Source: Octopus vulgaris
Taxonomy: Eukaryota
Assembly (NCBI GenBank): GCA_951406725.2
Contig: OX597823.1
Location: forward strand, 48,112,001-48,176,000
DNA: 64,000 nt
Direction of reading: 5' to 3'
Under the pieces are notes generated by a model. It was not told the DNA's origin and ran no database searches. It saw only the letters and a list, made by a program, of their open reading frames with translations. Shown here in pieces: positions 13,411 through 27,726 of the stretch (its first letter is position 1; each line of letters opens with the position of its first letter). The position numbers and the translations under genes are program-made.

Positions 13411-13794
13411 GTACCAGTATTAAAGATGAAAGTTTATATATATATATATATATATATATTTTCTTTTACTTGTTTCAGTCATTTGACCCTAAGACTTATA
13501 TTTTTAAGCCTATTTTAAATCATAACAGTAAGTTATGGGGATGTAAACACATCAACTGCAATTTTCAAGCAAAGGTTGGGGGACAAGCACAGACTAACAA
13601 ACAGGCACACATGAAAACATATACATAAAGATATACGATAAGCTTCTTTCAGTTTCCATCTACCAAATCTACTCAAAGCTTTGGTCAGTTCGAGGCTATA
13701 GTAGAAGACACTTGCCCAAAGTGCTATGCAGTGGGACTGAACCCGGAACCATGTGGTTGGGAAGTAAGCTTCTTACCACACAGCGATGCTTGCA

Positions 13795-13826
<32 letters not shown>

Positions 13827-13830
<4 letters not shown>

Positions 13831-14130
13831 TTCATCCCATAAATGTTTTTTTTTTCTATACTACTTTTATTTTTCAAAATCAAGGTAAACAAGGTTCTTT
13901 TGTAATCTAAAATATGCCCATCTTCCAAAATTCACTTGTCCATTATAGCTTTGAAAAAATAACTGTTAAAATCAAACTGCACTCTTCAAAACTTGCACTA
14001 AGAATAAGTACAAGATAAAACTACTACCTGCTTTTATAGCAAGTTGATGCAAATAGTTTATCCCATCCCTCTCTGACTTTAAATTCATGTAATTGAAAAA
14101 AAAACACATTATATATGGGATGATACCCCA
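13827..14130 (-). mobile_element. Internally deleted (MITE-like) derivative of the 46.5-47.1 kb mariner
   Basis: Shares atagctttgaaaaaata..tgcactcttcaaaacttgcact with ~46918-47080; TIR-like TCATCCCATA / TATGGGATGA. Confidence 0.75.
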
Positions 14131-14807
14131 CACACACATATACATACACACACACATACACAGCCTTCCAGAATTCTCCTGAACAGGCAGTAGTTAATTA
14201 GGAAATAATATATGTTTATAAGAAAATTAATGGATAGTAAAAGTGACAAGCAGAGTAGGAAGAACTCATGTGTTTTATGAAAGAACCCAAGCAGTATATC
14301 AAAATCAGCCCTTCTGCCCCACCACAAGATCATTCCATGATTCATATCTAAAAATAGAAACATTTAAATGTTCATTTATTTTGTTTGAAAAATTTACTAT
14401 AGACTGCAACATTTTCCTTAATAGTCTAATAGTGTTCACTAATTTCTAAGCTGTGCAGGCTTTAACTAGAATAATTTTAACCGAGTCAATTTTAGTTGCT
14501 TTTTTTTTTTTTTTTTTTTTTAAGAAATTATAGAAACCAATAACTGCAGTAAATGAATGGTGTTTGATTATTGATCTCTTATCAAATCTTGCTACTTATT
14601 TTCCGTCATCCTGGCTCAGTAAGCAACAACTCTTCAGTTAAGTGCTTGTGAAAGGCTTTCGCTAATACCTTTGTGAGAATTCTTTGCACGCAGGGTGCAG
14701 CTGTGCGGTAGGAAGCTTGTTTCCCAACCAAATGGTTCCGGGTTCAGTCCCACTGTATGGAAGCCTTGTGTGTGGATTTGGTGGACGGAAACAGAAAACA
14801 CCCCTTT

Positions 14808-15190
14808 GTCATCATCATCATCGTTTAGCGTCCGTTTTCCATGCTAGCATGGGTTGGACGGTTCAACTGGGGTCTGTGAAGCCAGAAGGCTTCATCAGGC
14901 CCAGTCAGATCTGGCAGTGTTTCTACGGCTGGATGCCCTTCCTAACGCCAACCACTCCGTGAGTATAGTGGATGCTTTTTACGTGCCACCCGCACAGGTG
15001 CCAGACAGAGCTGGCAAACGGCCACGAACGGATGGTGCCTTTTATGTGCCACCGGCACGGGGGCGAGGCGAGGCTTGCAACAGACACGAACGGATGGTGC
15101 TTTTTACGTGCCACCAGCACGAGGCCAGTCGGGGCGGCACTGGCAATGGTCGCAAACGGATGGTTCTCTGCCACCAGCACTGGTAACACA
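14808..15190 (-). mobile_element. RTE LINE 3' UTR inserted into a SINE
   Basis: Reverse complement of the same tail and unit array. Confidence 0.8.
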
Positions 15191-15192
15191 TC

Positions 15193-15247
<55 letters not shown>

Positions 15248-15429
15248 TTGTGTTGGTCTCCCATCACCATTTGACAACCGGTGCTGGTGTATTTATTTCC
15301 CTGTAACATTACAGTTCAGCAAAAGAGTCCAATAGAATTAAGTACTGGGGTCAGTAAATAAGTACGGGGTGGGGGCGCAATTCATTCAACTCAGAACTCT
15401 TCAAGTCTTTCAAATACTCAAATTATTTC

Positions 15430-15705
15430 ACTATAATGCATTGTGACCACAGTCCACTTGTGCAGCCACCTGATGGTTTGTGACTCATCTGTTCATATAA
15501 GTTTGTCCTCTTGCTGGTGATTTGCATCTGTGATGGTCACCTCCCACTGTGTGGTGTCATCTTCTTTTAACTTCTTCATTCCTCTGTGCACATAGCTCAT
15601 GTCACTTGTATCATCTCCATAAACATCCTGTAGCCTTCTGTGGATGTTGGACAGCCCTCAGCTGTCATTCATCGAGAACTCAACGATGGCATGTTGGAAC
15701 CTATA
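15430..15705 (-). pseudogene. mariner transposase N-terminal (HTH) remnant
   Basis: Minus strand reads QHAIVEF...SNIHRRLQDVYGDD..DMSYVHR...SGR. Confidence 0.65.
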
Positions 15706-18700
15706 ATTTGCATGCAGTGAAGAATTACTAAAATAAAGGTACAGTAGAAGAGTTACTTTACCAACACGTGAAAATTGAGCAGCTTATGTCAGTTACTACA
15801 AAAGGCTATGCCCACTCATGCAGCCATAGAAACCATGCCAAAACAGACAAATGGAGCTTGGGCAGCTCTTGAGCTGGTCGACCCCTATCGAACTGTCCAA
15901 CCCTTGCCAGCATGGATAACAGGCGTTAAATGATGATGATGATATATATATGTTTGTGTCTCCTTATAGCATGATGTTTGTAAATGAATGTCGCCATCAT
16001 ACAAGTGGCGTCCTGTCTTTTCATTCTTCTGTGACATGTCTGGTCCTGTAGAAGTATTATCTTGCTTAGCAGCATATGATGGTTGACAACAGGAAGAACA
16101 TCCCACTGTAGAAAATCTGCCTCAGTAAATTCCACGTGATTTATGCAAGGATGGAAAAGTGAGCATTGAAACAACGTGGTGTGTGGCAAATATTCACATC
16201 TATATGTGTATGTGTGAAATAAGTCTTTTGACTTATTTCAGTCATTTGACTATGGCCATGCTGCAGCACCACCCTGAAAACTTTTTACTGAACAAGTTGA
16301 CACCAGTACTTTTTATCGTTTTAGTTTTTTTTTAGCCAGCATGGTACTTATTCTCTTGGTCTCTTTTGCTGAACCATTATGTTACATGGATGTAAACAGA
16401 TCAACACTGGTTGTCAAGCTGTGGCGGGGGACAAACACAGACACAAAGACACCCACATTTATATATACAACGGGCTTCATCCACTCACAAGCCTTTGGTT
16501 GGCCTAGGGCTATAGTAGAAAAACACCTGCCCACGGTTCCACTCTATGGGACTGTACCTAGAACCATGTGGTTAGGTAACAAACTTCTTACCACACTCAA
16601 CCGTGTCTGCACCTAGATTGTGTGTGTGTGGATATATATATATATATATGCATACATATATACACACACATATACATGCATACATTCACACACACACACA
16701 CACACATACACATACACATATATGGATCTCATACAAGTCTAATCTTTCTCTAGGTGCTCCACCGAGTGTTGTTTTCCAAAGTAGAGCCTTGGCCTTCACC
16801 CAATAAGACCATCAAGTATGGATTACATGATTGAGGTGTTGGCTATTACCCAACTGCTCCAGCAGTGATTCTCTGTTTTTGCTCTCTATAATAGTGACAA
16901 ATCTAGTCAGCTGTGAGCGTCTTAGGAGTTTAGAATTGATACTTTCTGCTGGTCACTAGCCACAAAAATAATTGAACTCTGCAGCGGATTTTCTAAACCT
17001 CTTAAGACAATGAAGCCTTTGTTGTTATTTAACCCTAGTCTGCTTTGTGAAATTCAAGACAAACTTATGATCAAAGGCATTCCAGACAAGATATTCCTGT
17101 CTTAATGTTTATCTGGGACTGTATCACTAAACTTGTTGTTTTTTTTTCCTTTTCCCCCTTTTAAAGATGGGAGGTGTGATTTGATGAGGGAGGTGACTGC
17201 TATTTCTAGGCCAAGCAAGCACTTAGATTTCCTTCATTTTTCTTTATAAAAATTATTTCTGCATTATTTTAGGCTTAAAGAGTGTCTGTATGTTCAGTCT
17301 GGTAGTATCCTTTACAAAAATATTGATACTTTATAATTTTTTTATTCTGCTTAGCAGCTTGCTTGTTGAACCTAAAGGAAGGATTTGTCATTCTTTGATT
17401 ACCATCTTATTCTAGATCCATGTTTCTCAACCTATTTTCCTGCAGGGCCCACTATAACTTTCAAGAAAAATGTATGCCCCACCAGTGGTTGAAAAAAATA
17501 CAACTTTATTTTTAATATTCTATCACAATTATTTAATACAAAAGAGTCTACTGGTAACTCTTTTATTAAGTAAAGGGTAAAGGTTAAAAGCTCCTTTCGG
17601 TCATGAATGACCATGGAATTGCACCTAGCAAGTTCCGCTCCAACAAGTCCAGGTAAGATTGTTTATGGAAGACCAGCAATCACCCATGCATACCAGTCTC
17701 CCCTCTCCATGCCCAGGTATTATCCAAGAGAAAGGCAAAGGTTGATATAGCTTGGCACCAGTGATGTTGCAACTCATTTCTACAGCTGATTGATCTAGAG
17801 CAATGTGAAATAAAGCATCTTGCTCAAGAACACAACTCGTACAGCCTGGTTCAGGAATCGAATTCGCTACCTCATGACTGTGAGCCTGATGCTCTAACCA
17901 GTGAGCTATGCTCCTTCACTTTATTAAGTACTGAGTACAAAAAAAAAGTACATTATTAACTAAGAGCAAAAAGGGTATCACTTTAATGAGAACCTTGTGC
18001 CTGGCATCCACAGCACCACGCCCCACCAGTAGGGTGTTAATCCCTGTTCTAGACTATTGTTGATAGTTTATCTAATTTTATTGACTAATCTTTTCACATT
18101 CAGATTACTCTGTCGCATATAATCCTTATTTATTCACGGTCTTTTGAATTAATCATGCTTTAATATTTTGATGTTGGAATTGTTTATTTTTAGAATGACA
18201 TTGCCTGGTAGGTGTGAAAGGCTGAATCTAGATAGTTTGAATGCAAAACAGGCAGACTGTTTGGGCTGGTTATGATTAATTTAAATGCCAGAGGCACATG
18301 GCTCAGTGGTTAGAGTGTTGGGCTCGTGATCATAAGATTGTAGTTTCAATTCCTGGATCAGGCAATGCATTGTGTTATTGAGCAAAACTCTTCATTTCAC
18401 ATTGCTCCAGTCCACTCAGCTGGCAAAACTGAGTAATCCTGTGACAGACCGACATCCCATCCAGGCGTGGGGGGTGGGATTTATGTGCCATGGGAAACCA
18501 GGTAACAGGCTCTTATGAGTCGACATGACTTGCGAAGGTAACTTAACTTCTTTTTACAGGGGGTTAAAGAGATAAAAGGATAAATTAGCTCAGGTATGAT
18601 TCGAACTTTGAAATCGCACAATGCCACTTGTGCTACTGGAATAGTATTTTGTTTGGCTGTGTATTGGTAGTAGATTTGAAGGAAAAGCCTAGTCAGGAAT

Positions 18701-21700
18701 TAGATTTAACCATTCCAATTCTTTGCAAGAAGAAAAATATCATTGAACTGATGAAACTGGAGAATTAAAATTGTTTGTCAGACAAACAAAATAACAAATA
18801 ATAATTAAGTAGGTTTAAGGAGCTACTTTGAAGTAAACCACCTGTTTAATCATATTAATTATTAATAAGCTGCTAGCTTTTAGTATTTGGAACATTTTTC
18901 TACTCAAGCAAATTTTCATGCAGTGTTTCAGTATGAAGGAAATTAATGGACCATCCATAGCTGACTGGTCGAGCTATTTATCTGAAGAATCTTTTAGATC
19001 AATAAACTATTAATAAATCTTCCAACAAGATAGTTTATCTTCACCATCAAAGCTTATCCTTAAATAAATTATTGAATATATACGCTTACGACTAGTAATG
19101 GCCTTCTTTATGAACTAAAATATTAAGAATAAAATTCTTCAAACCTGTTCCAAATCTTTAAAGTTAGTTATGGCTTGAGTTTTGACACGAATTCTCAAGT
19201 AGATCAGTCGTATTGATTAGTATCAAAGTTTTAGGAAATTCTGCTGTACAGATTCATAAAGTAAAAACTTTTGCCACAAGAGGACAACATAGAAAAGTAT
19301 TTGTAATCATTAAGAGTTTGATTAGGCCTGGCTTAATAAGCTCTGCCTTTCCTGTAACTTAAGACCTACTTTGTGTAAATATTTTCCATATTTCATTTTG
19401 CAACCATAATATACTAAGTTTATTAAAGGCACATGGCTTAGTGGTTAAGGTATTCGGCTCGCAATTTTAGGGTCACAAGTTCAATTCCCCGGCAGCGCAT
19501 TGTGTCCTTGAGCAAGGCACATTATTTCACACTGCCTCAGTCCACTCAGCTGATTAGTACCCATATTTCACACTGCCTCAGTCCACTCAGCTGATTAGTA
19601 CCCATATTTCACACTGCCTCAGTCCACTCAGCTGATTAGTACCCATATTTCAAGGGGCCGGCCTTGTCACACTCTGTGTCATGCTGAATCTCCTTGAGAA
19701 GTATGTGAAGGGGTACATGTGTCTGTGGAGAACTCAGCCACTTGCAAGTTAATCCCATGAGCAAGCTGTTCTGTTGATTTGATCAACTGGAACCCTCGTC
19801 GTTGTAAGTGACAGAGTGCCAGATTTTTTATTAAGGGTTTATAAGTTAATACTATGTCTTACTTTGGTGTTAGCAGTGTGATATGATCACTTAAGTTTAT
19901 CTCTATTAATTTTCTATAGAATGTAGAGCCAGCCCTGAATGTTACAATATACATGAATTTGCTTCATCTTAGGATTAATTAATTTATTTATTCATTAAGC
20001 CTTAATTGTTTTCTAGAAAAATGTATTCCCCACTGGTGGTTCAAAAATAACAACTTTATTTTTAATATTTCATAATTATATACTTTCCTGAAAGAAATAC
20101 TCATATTAGGGCATTCGAATAGTGCTATACTGCAGCAAATAGTCTTAATTTTCACAATTCAATGTCCCATAAAAAAAAAAGGAAAAAAAGTTTGGATCCC
20201 ATGCCCTACCACAGTTTTCCCAGACCTCACATTGGGGAATCACTGCTTTGGATTATTAAGAAACTTAAGATAAGTTATTGTTGACTTCTTTCATGTTCAT
20301 TGTTAGGTATTCATTAGCAAGAAATACATATACAGTAAGGGAAAAAGTAAGTGCCAATCCATTATAGTCTGTCAAAATTTAATCACATTTGTCTGTAAAG
20401 TTGTGTGATACTTAACCCTTTTGTGTTTAGATTATTCTGTGAAAAGTAATGTGTACTTATTCACATTGTTTTGAATTAATCATACATTACTTTGTAGCTT
20501 TGGGATTTCAATGATGTGTTTATTTTTAGAATGACCTTGTAAGGTAAATGGGAGAGACCAAATCTGGCTAGTGTTAACATAAAGCCAGTAGACTATTTGG
20601 GCTGGATATAGCCAGTTTAAATGCTAAAGAGTTGCACTATAAAAGCATTAAATATTTGTTAATAGGAAGAAAACCTCTAAAGATAGCATCTCCATTGTGT
20701 GTTTTGGTTTTGATTGGGTTAAATAAAACTTTGGCTATAAATGCAACATATTCTGAATTTCTTAGAAACCTCTTGGAGATTCTTGTCTAGAATTATTAAA
20801 ATTATCGCAAACTCTTCATCACAGAAAAAAAAATGGTCTTTTGTTGGCATTTAGTATTAAATTCATGAACATTTACATATGTAACCTATATTGCCAGTAG
20901 TTGTTGGTCATTTGCTGGCTGTGGCAACCTAAGGCATGTGCTGTCTCTCAACATTAATAATCAACAAAATTTACATATGCCATTTAAATGAGTATATTTT
21001 TCAGATTATTCTTCACCCCAGAGTGTCTGCTAAGCTGTTGAAGTTTAAAGTGCATCATGGTTTTACTCATTAATTCTCAGGTTCCTTTGTGTTCGAACAA
21101 ACCAACAGACAGCAAGCAGTGATTCACAGCAAACCTTTTCTGCCAGTAATATTTTAAAATTGTTGTTGTAAAGTTGGCAGTAGTTTTGTGTAAATTCTAA
21201 GTAAATTTTGTTTATTAATGAAATTAAACTCAACAGTGATTCATTATCAGTGTCGGTGCTGTGAGCCCAGCTACAGGCATATCTTGATATTGATTCCTCT
21301 GTTCTCGTCTGTCAGCTAATTATAAGCGATAAGACTTTCTTACCCTTTTGTATTTCATTCTTTCTTTTAAGTCACCCCCATCTGAATAATCTCAAATGGA
21401 ATTTGGCTAAAGGGTAGATTTAAGATTTAATTTTTCTGAATGAATTTGTTGCTTCATTTTATTTTCATGTTGTTATCTTAAGCTATTAGTCCCTGGGTAT
21501 TTCATTTGATGACTAAATCTTACTTAGAATCTTGTTCTTTTAGAAAAATGTGATTTGTATCTTTGAGTTTTAGTATTTTGATAAGAGGATGAAATGCTGA
21601 GCTGATGTACACAAACTTAAGCTTATTAAACTTGTCCTTTTCTTTTAACTGGATACATCTTTTAAACAAGAGATTAGCAGTCATTTTCTGGATTTTTTTT

Positions 21701-24632
21701 TTTTTTCTCTTAAAAGTTTTGCTACATTTTACCAACAATTTCAAAAGTTTTTATTTATCTACAACACTTCATCAATGATAATTAGGTTCCATATTTCAGT
21801 GAATTTTACCATTCCTCATTGTTCATCCAAATCAGTATTCTCTTTTATAGGAATTTCAACTACTTTATTATTATTATTATTATCAGACTCGTTAGCATGC
21901 CGAGCTAAATGCTTAACAGTATTTCACCTGTCATGTTCTGAGTTCAAATTCTGCAAATTTCAACTTTGCCTTTCATCCTTTCAGGGTCAATAAAGTACCA
22001 GTGAAACACTGGGATTGATGTAATTGACACAGCCCCTCCCCCAAAATGGCTGCCCTTGTGGCAAAATTTGAAACCATTCATTGGCTTTCTTCTTTCACTT
22101 CTGTATTTTTTTAGAATTGTACTTTTCCATGTCTTTTTTTAAAATTTTTTTTTAACTAACACATAAAGAATTTGTTTATCAGTTTTCAGTTGACAGAATC
22201 ATAAACATTTTGAATTTCTCTAAAAACTCTTTTGTGGCCATATTTCCAATTTCCAACAAAATATACACTGCTTGTGTATATGTATGTCAATTAATTTTCA
22301 AAATCAAGAATTTGGAGGGATTTAATAAAATAACTTGCTCATTATTAAACTGTTGTTAATGAAAAAAACTTAATGAAAAAAAATTTTTCCTTAGATATAA
22401 ATATGAAGGGAAATTTTAATTTAAATAGAAATTTTTATAAAAATTAGAGGTTTTGTAACATAATCAGATGCAGTGTCAGGAGAGTTGGTATCAAAAGGTT
22501 AAAAATGTTACTCTAGGTCATTTCTCAGAGCTTTCAAACATTTTCTAAAAAATATTGACTTTATTATTGAAATTTATGTATTGTCCCCATTGATAAATTT
22601 TCCAACTGATGTATTATGAAATTGACATTTTGTTTTCTGTTTAGATTTAGAATTCTTGAGAAAAAAATTCATTAGTTCATATATTAAATTATATATATAT
22701 ATATTTTACTTGTTTCAGTCATTAGATTGTAGCCATGCTGGGGCTCTGCCTTAAAGTATTTTTCAGTTGAATGAAGCAGCCCCAGTATTTTTTCTCTTTT
22801 AAGCTTTGTACTTATTCTATCAATCTCTTTTGCTGAATCACTGAGTTACGGGGACATAAATGTCAGATGTTATACATTGCTGGTCACCATGCACTTCACA
22901 TTGTTTTTAGCTTTTGAATGATACCACCCCTACTGACTAGGAGAGCAGGCTGTATATGTATGTATATGTAGGACAGGCTTCTTTCAGTTTCTATCTACCA
23001 AATCCACTCTCAAGGTTTTGGTCAGTCTGAGGCTAAGTCACAGGGAAATAAACACAACAACATGGGTTGTCAAGCAGTGATGTTGGGCAATCAGACATAA
23101 GGACACATGCGCTTATATATATGTGGAAGGTGGTTGGTGTTAGGAAGGGCATCCAGACATAAAAACCATTCCGAAACAGACACAGAAGCCTGGTGTAGTC
23201 TTCTGCCTGGCCAGGTCCTGTCAGACTGTCCAACCCATGCTAGCATGGAAGGCAGACATTAAACACTGGTGATGTATGTATGTATGTATGTATGAATGAC
23301 AGTTTTTCAGTTTACTTTCAGTATTTATCTACCAGATCCACTAACAAGGCCTTGGTTGGCCCAAAGCTATAGTTAGTAGAAGACACTTGCCCAAAGTGTC
23401 ACACATTGGGACTGAACCTAGAACCATGTGGTCGGGAAGTACACACCCACGCCATCTTGCCCATGTTCAGTTATCATTATGTTGTTAGTGGTATTTTGAA
23501 ATATAAACAACCCTAGAAATCTCCCTGGACAATACTGCAGCACGATAAATATATCATTTACCAACCAGTGTTTACATTATAGCTCTGCTATTACTGAATC
23601 TGTCAAATGTACAGACCAGAGAGACACATTCATTATCAGGGACAAAAATAGCCCTAACAATAACAACAACAACAACAAAAACAACGGTTCTTTTCCAACT
23701 GATATGTGATGGATATTTGACTTTGGTGTTACAGTTGTTGACTATTAATGTCTAAAGTGTCTGCCTGCCTTACTCAGAATTAATCATCTTATAGAAAACA
23801 ATATTCCATAATTAGATAAGGAAAGAAATAGATTGAAATATCTTTACTTTTCAGCTATGGTTTCTTAACTAGTTATTTTTCACAAAGAAAAGCCATGCTT
23901 TAACAAGAAGTACAAACATTATTTGGTCTTGTTTCACCTATTTTATTCATAATACAATTTAAATTCATCATTTAAAAAAATAAAAAATTGTTTAAGGTCC
24001 CATTTTCCATGTTGGCTCAAGTTGAAAAGCTTGATAGGAACCAATTAACCAGCAGACTGTGCTGAGCTCCAGTATCTGTTTTGGCTTGATTTCAACAGCT
24101 GGGTGCACCAACCACTTTGCCGATTGCAGGGGGTACTTTTCACATGGTACCAACGCTGGTGAGGTCACCAAGCATTCACAAAACAAGACTTCTCAACTGT
24201 GTGGAGTGTGGGTTTGAAGGAGGTGAAAGTATGATAGAGGATCAGGAATAGGTGTCTTGCAGAACAGGAAAAAAGAATCAAAACTTTGTTCTTTTAATCT
24301 CATTTTCTTTTTAATTTTTGTTTTAAATATATAGGCTTGGTTATGTGTAAGACGTTTGCTTTCCAACCACATGATGTCAGGTTTAGTCCCACTGTGTGGC
24401 ACCTTGAGCAAGTGTCTTCTACTATAGCCTTAGATCAGCCAAATCTTTATGAATGGATTTTGTAAACAGAAACTGATAGAAGCCCATCAGATAGTATATG
24501 TGTGTATGTGTATCTGTCTTTGTGTCTGTGTTTGTCCCCCACCAATTAACAACAGGTGTTGGTGTGTTTACATCCCTGTAACTTAGCGGTTCAGCAAGAG
24601 ACTGATAGAATAAGTATCTGGCTTTAAGTATT

Positions 24633-24863
24633 GAAGGCAGCGAGCTGGCAGAAACATTAGCACACCAGGCGAAATGCTTAGCAGTATTTCGTCTGTCTTT
24701 ACGTTCTGAGTTCAAATTCTGCCAAGGTCGACTTTGCCTTTCATCCTTTCGGGGTCAATTAAACAAGTACCAGTTATGCACTGGGGTCGATATAATCGAC
24801 TTAATCTGTTTTGTCTGTCCTTGTTTGTTCCCTTTATGTGTAGCCCCTTGTGAGCAGTAAAGA
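24633..24863 (+). mobile_element. SINE family B nested in a family A SINE
   Basis: Flanked by duplicated AATAAGTATCTGGCTTTAA (~24609-24627 and ~24864-24882). Confidence 0.85.
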
Positions 24864-26984
24864 AATAAGTATCTGGCTTTAAAAAAAAGTACACACTGGG
24901 ATCGATTCATTCGACTGAAATTCTTGAAGACAGCGCCCCATCATGGCTGCAGTTTGATGACTGAAACGAGTAAAATATAAACGACATCTAATTTCCATAT
25001 TTTATTTTACTGCTTGGTATCAACCTGCTTCAAAATCCTCTGAGACAAAGCATATCCATTACAGTTGTCCCCTACCCGCAAACAAAGATCATTCTAGCAT
25101 TTCCTTATACAGGTTCATTCTGAGCTCTCTAATATTTTCACAGTGAATGTACTTTGTGTGTGTGTGTTTGTATACGTGTATGAGTGATTTTTCTTTGAGC
25201 TTTATTTAAAGTTCTTCTTGAGAGAGTTCAAGCTGGTCGCTAACAAAGTGACAAGACTTTTTGAGTTAAGAGACTTCCCAGTGTTTGTAAATAAATTTAC
25301 AATTGATGTTTTGGTTGAGCTGTCAATGCATACACCCAGTTATGTGCTTCTATTCACGAAAGAATCACAGACGGATAACTTTTAGAATGTACGTATGTAC
25401 AATATTCAGCACATCACTCTTTAACTAAATTTTTTTAGCCACTACACACATTTTTTTTCTCTCCTTGTTTTTTCTGTGTCCCTTTCTGTAGAAGAGCGTA
25501 GGCTCAAAACGTAAAAGACTTTTTCTATTCTTGAGTGTTATACTAATACGTCTGTTTGTTTTGTACACCACCTGTCTTCGTCTTTTGTTTTTTTCGTAAA
25601 CTCTCCTATATATATATGCCATTGGTCTCAAGTTTTTATCCAATTTGTTAATATGAACATTTTATTATGTTTACACAGGATTTCCATACGTTTAAAATAT
25701 GTAATTATGATGGCTTCTTTACATTTGTATCAGAATATCTGCAGATTCTTCTAATATCTTATAAAATATCACCAGCTGTGACATAAACATCTCCCAACTA
25801 GTGAAGACACGATTACAATATTGTATGGTCTACTAGAAATACAAATTAAATCTTCCTACTGTCACACCCTACTCTCTTAAAAAGAGGGGGGGGAATACAT
25901 TAGATGAAGTAGTCCAAGATATACTGTGTGGACAAGAGAAGAACATAGTGGCCATGACTGGAATGCTTTTGATCAAAGGTCTACTGAATCGGGGCTAAAC
26001 AACACGAACATCTAGGCTGTCAGTTATTGTTATTTTTTCTTAGACTGAAATTGAACAATCTCCATTATTTTTCTGTATGTCTTCTTAGTTTTGTTGGTGC
26101 TTTTGTTACCATATTTCCGTAGAAATACAAGGAATTTGTTTATGTACATTTTTAAAATAATGAAGAATTTAGTAAAATAACTTCGTCATTATCAAATTTA
26201 ATATTTAATAACAGCTCTATTTTAAATTGTTGTTTGGAACTTAAATTAACATGAAATTTTGTTGGAAGGTATAGATCACTTAAAACCGGGAAATTTTCTG
26301 TCATAGAGGCAGGGATAGTCTCAGGTGGTTTGGTTTCAAAAGGATTAAAACGGTTGATAGAACCAATTAAAATGTACTGTTTTCTTCGCAAGAATTTGTT
26401 TCAAAAATTTTGTTATTTTATTAATTAAAAAGAAAAAAAAAAGCTGTTTTACATTGGTGTTTTCCATGTTAGCATGGCTAGAATGGTTTACTTTTTGAAT
26501 TTTTTGATTTCGTGGTTGGATGCCCTTCCTACCATAGCCACCCAAACGTAAAGTAGGAATGGTGTGTTGTTAGTCAAGCAAAATAAGAAAGTAGCGTTAA
26601 TTGCCTTACTCAGAGATAGAAAATCTCATAGTCGTAAAATCTGAGCTTAATCAGTAGTACAATAACTTTAACTCATTTGCTTCCTAATAATCTCAATATC
26701 CCCCACTCCCCCTCTTTTTTCTTCTGGGAAATATTAGAATATTTAGATATTCGCTTCAAAATAAATATGAAAATAAAGATTAGACTGTGAGATTTTTTTT
26801 TTTTATTTTATCCCATGAATTCCTCCAGACAATTCACCATAATAAGCATTTTGTTCTGTGATAGTAATTCTTTAAATAAACAGAAATATGAATTAAATTT
26901 ATAATGGTTGAGAAATTGTTAAAATTGTGCACATTTTCTAGAAATTACTATTTCAGGTCTTAATTTATTAAAATTCTTCATATA

Positions 26985-27012
26985 TATTTTTTCTCTCTTT
27001 TTTTTTTTACAG
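26985..27012 (+). promoter_or_regulatory. 3' splice acceptor (polypyrimidine tract + CAG)
   Basis: ttttttctctctttttttttttacag directly upstream of the ORF exon. Confidence 0.8.
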
Positions 27013-27021
27013 AATTCCATA

Positions 27022-27726
27022 ATGGCTGCTAATACCTGCTATTGTTGTTCAGATAAAGGGAAGACGTCCGAAGAAATGGACTTGGATGAGGCTCTCAATG
27101 AACTCGGCATGCTGAGTACTGTTACAGAAAGCCGAAAGCAATACTTGCGAGAAAAACAGACGACCTCTCGTGTTGCAAGGCTTTACAAGAATATGGATAA
27201 TAGGCAACAGGGCAAAAAGAAAATTGGAGTAATTCATTTTAATCCTGAATACATTGCAAAAGTTACAATAGGATCTAATCAGCCATCTTCCAATATCTGG
27301 ATTCAAGACACATTTGAAGAGAATAACTTGGACTTTTTTAAGAATTACCAAAAAAGAACTGAAAGCATAGAAGCAGACATGCGTTCAAGGCGATTAGAGA
27401 GGTATCGTCTTGGTAGGATTCGTCGATTCCGGAGACCTTATGAAGTACCTTGGCGCCTAATGGAGCCATTACCTAGCAACGTTTCTCAAGAAAATGATAG
27501 TTTAGAACCTCAATCAAAATCTAACTCATCGTCTCCTATTAAATATACGTCATCGTCGTCGTCATCATCGTCGTGTTCTCTTACAAGATCCCGTTCCTTT
27601 GATAATTTGAACTTTGCAATGCTAAAAATAGCTTCTGACATTCTTGAAGAGACGAATTTTTCTTTATGTAAGCAGGAAATAGAGACTGTTTCTGCTAATA
27701 TGAGAAACCTTCAGGTGACTGAATAG
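27022..27726 (+). CDS. Uncharacterised 234-aa protein; single long (probably terminal) coding exon with an Arg-rich segment and a Ser-rich tract
   Basis: Only long non-repeat ORF with natural amino-acid composition. Preceded by a long polypyrimidine tract and ACAG acceptor (AG at 27011-27012). Good Kozak context (ataATGG). Frame is open from the acceptor (27013), so upstream coding exons are possible. No family recognised. Confidence 0.8.
   Translation: MAANTCYCCSDKGKTSEEMDLDEALNELGMLSTVTESRKQYLREKQTTSRVARLYKNMDNRQQGKKKIGVIHFNPEYIAKVTIGSNQPSSNIWIQDTFEENNLDFFKNYQKRTESIEADMRSRRLERYRLGRIRRFRRPYEVPWRLMEPLPSNVSQENDSLEPQSKSNSSSPIKYTSSSSSSSSCSLTRSRSFDNLNFAMLKIASDILEETNFSLCKQEIETVSANMRNLQVTE

Noticed and set aside
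18744-19010. Isolated CTGATGA / CTGAAGA motifs (also ~3061, ~8162, ~52832)
   Set aside because: No GAAA with pairable stems I-III; expected by chance.
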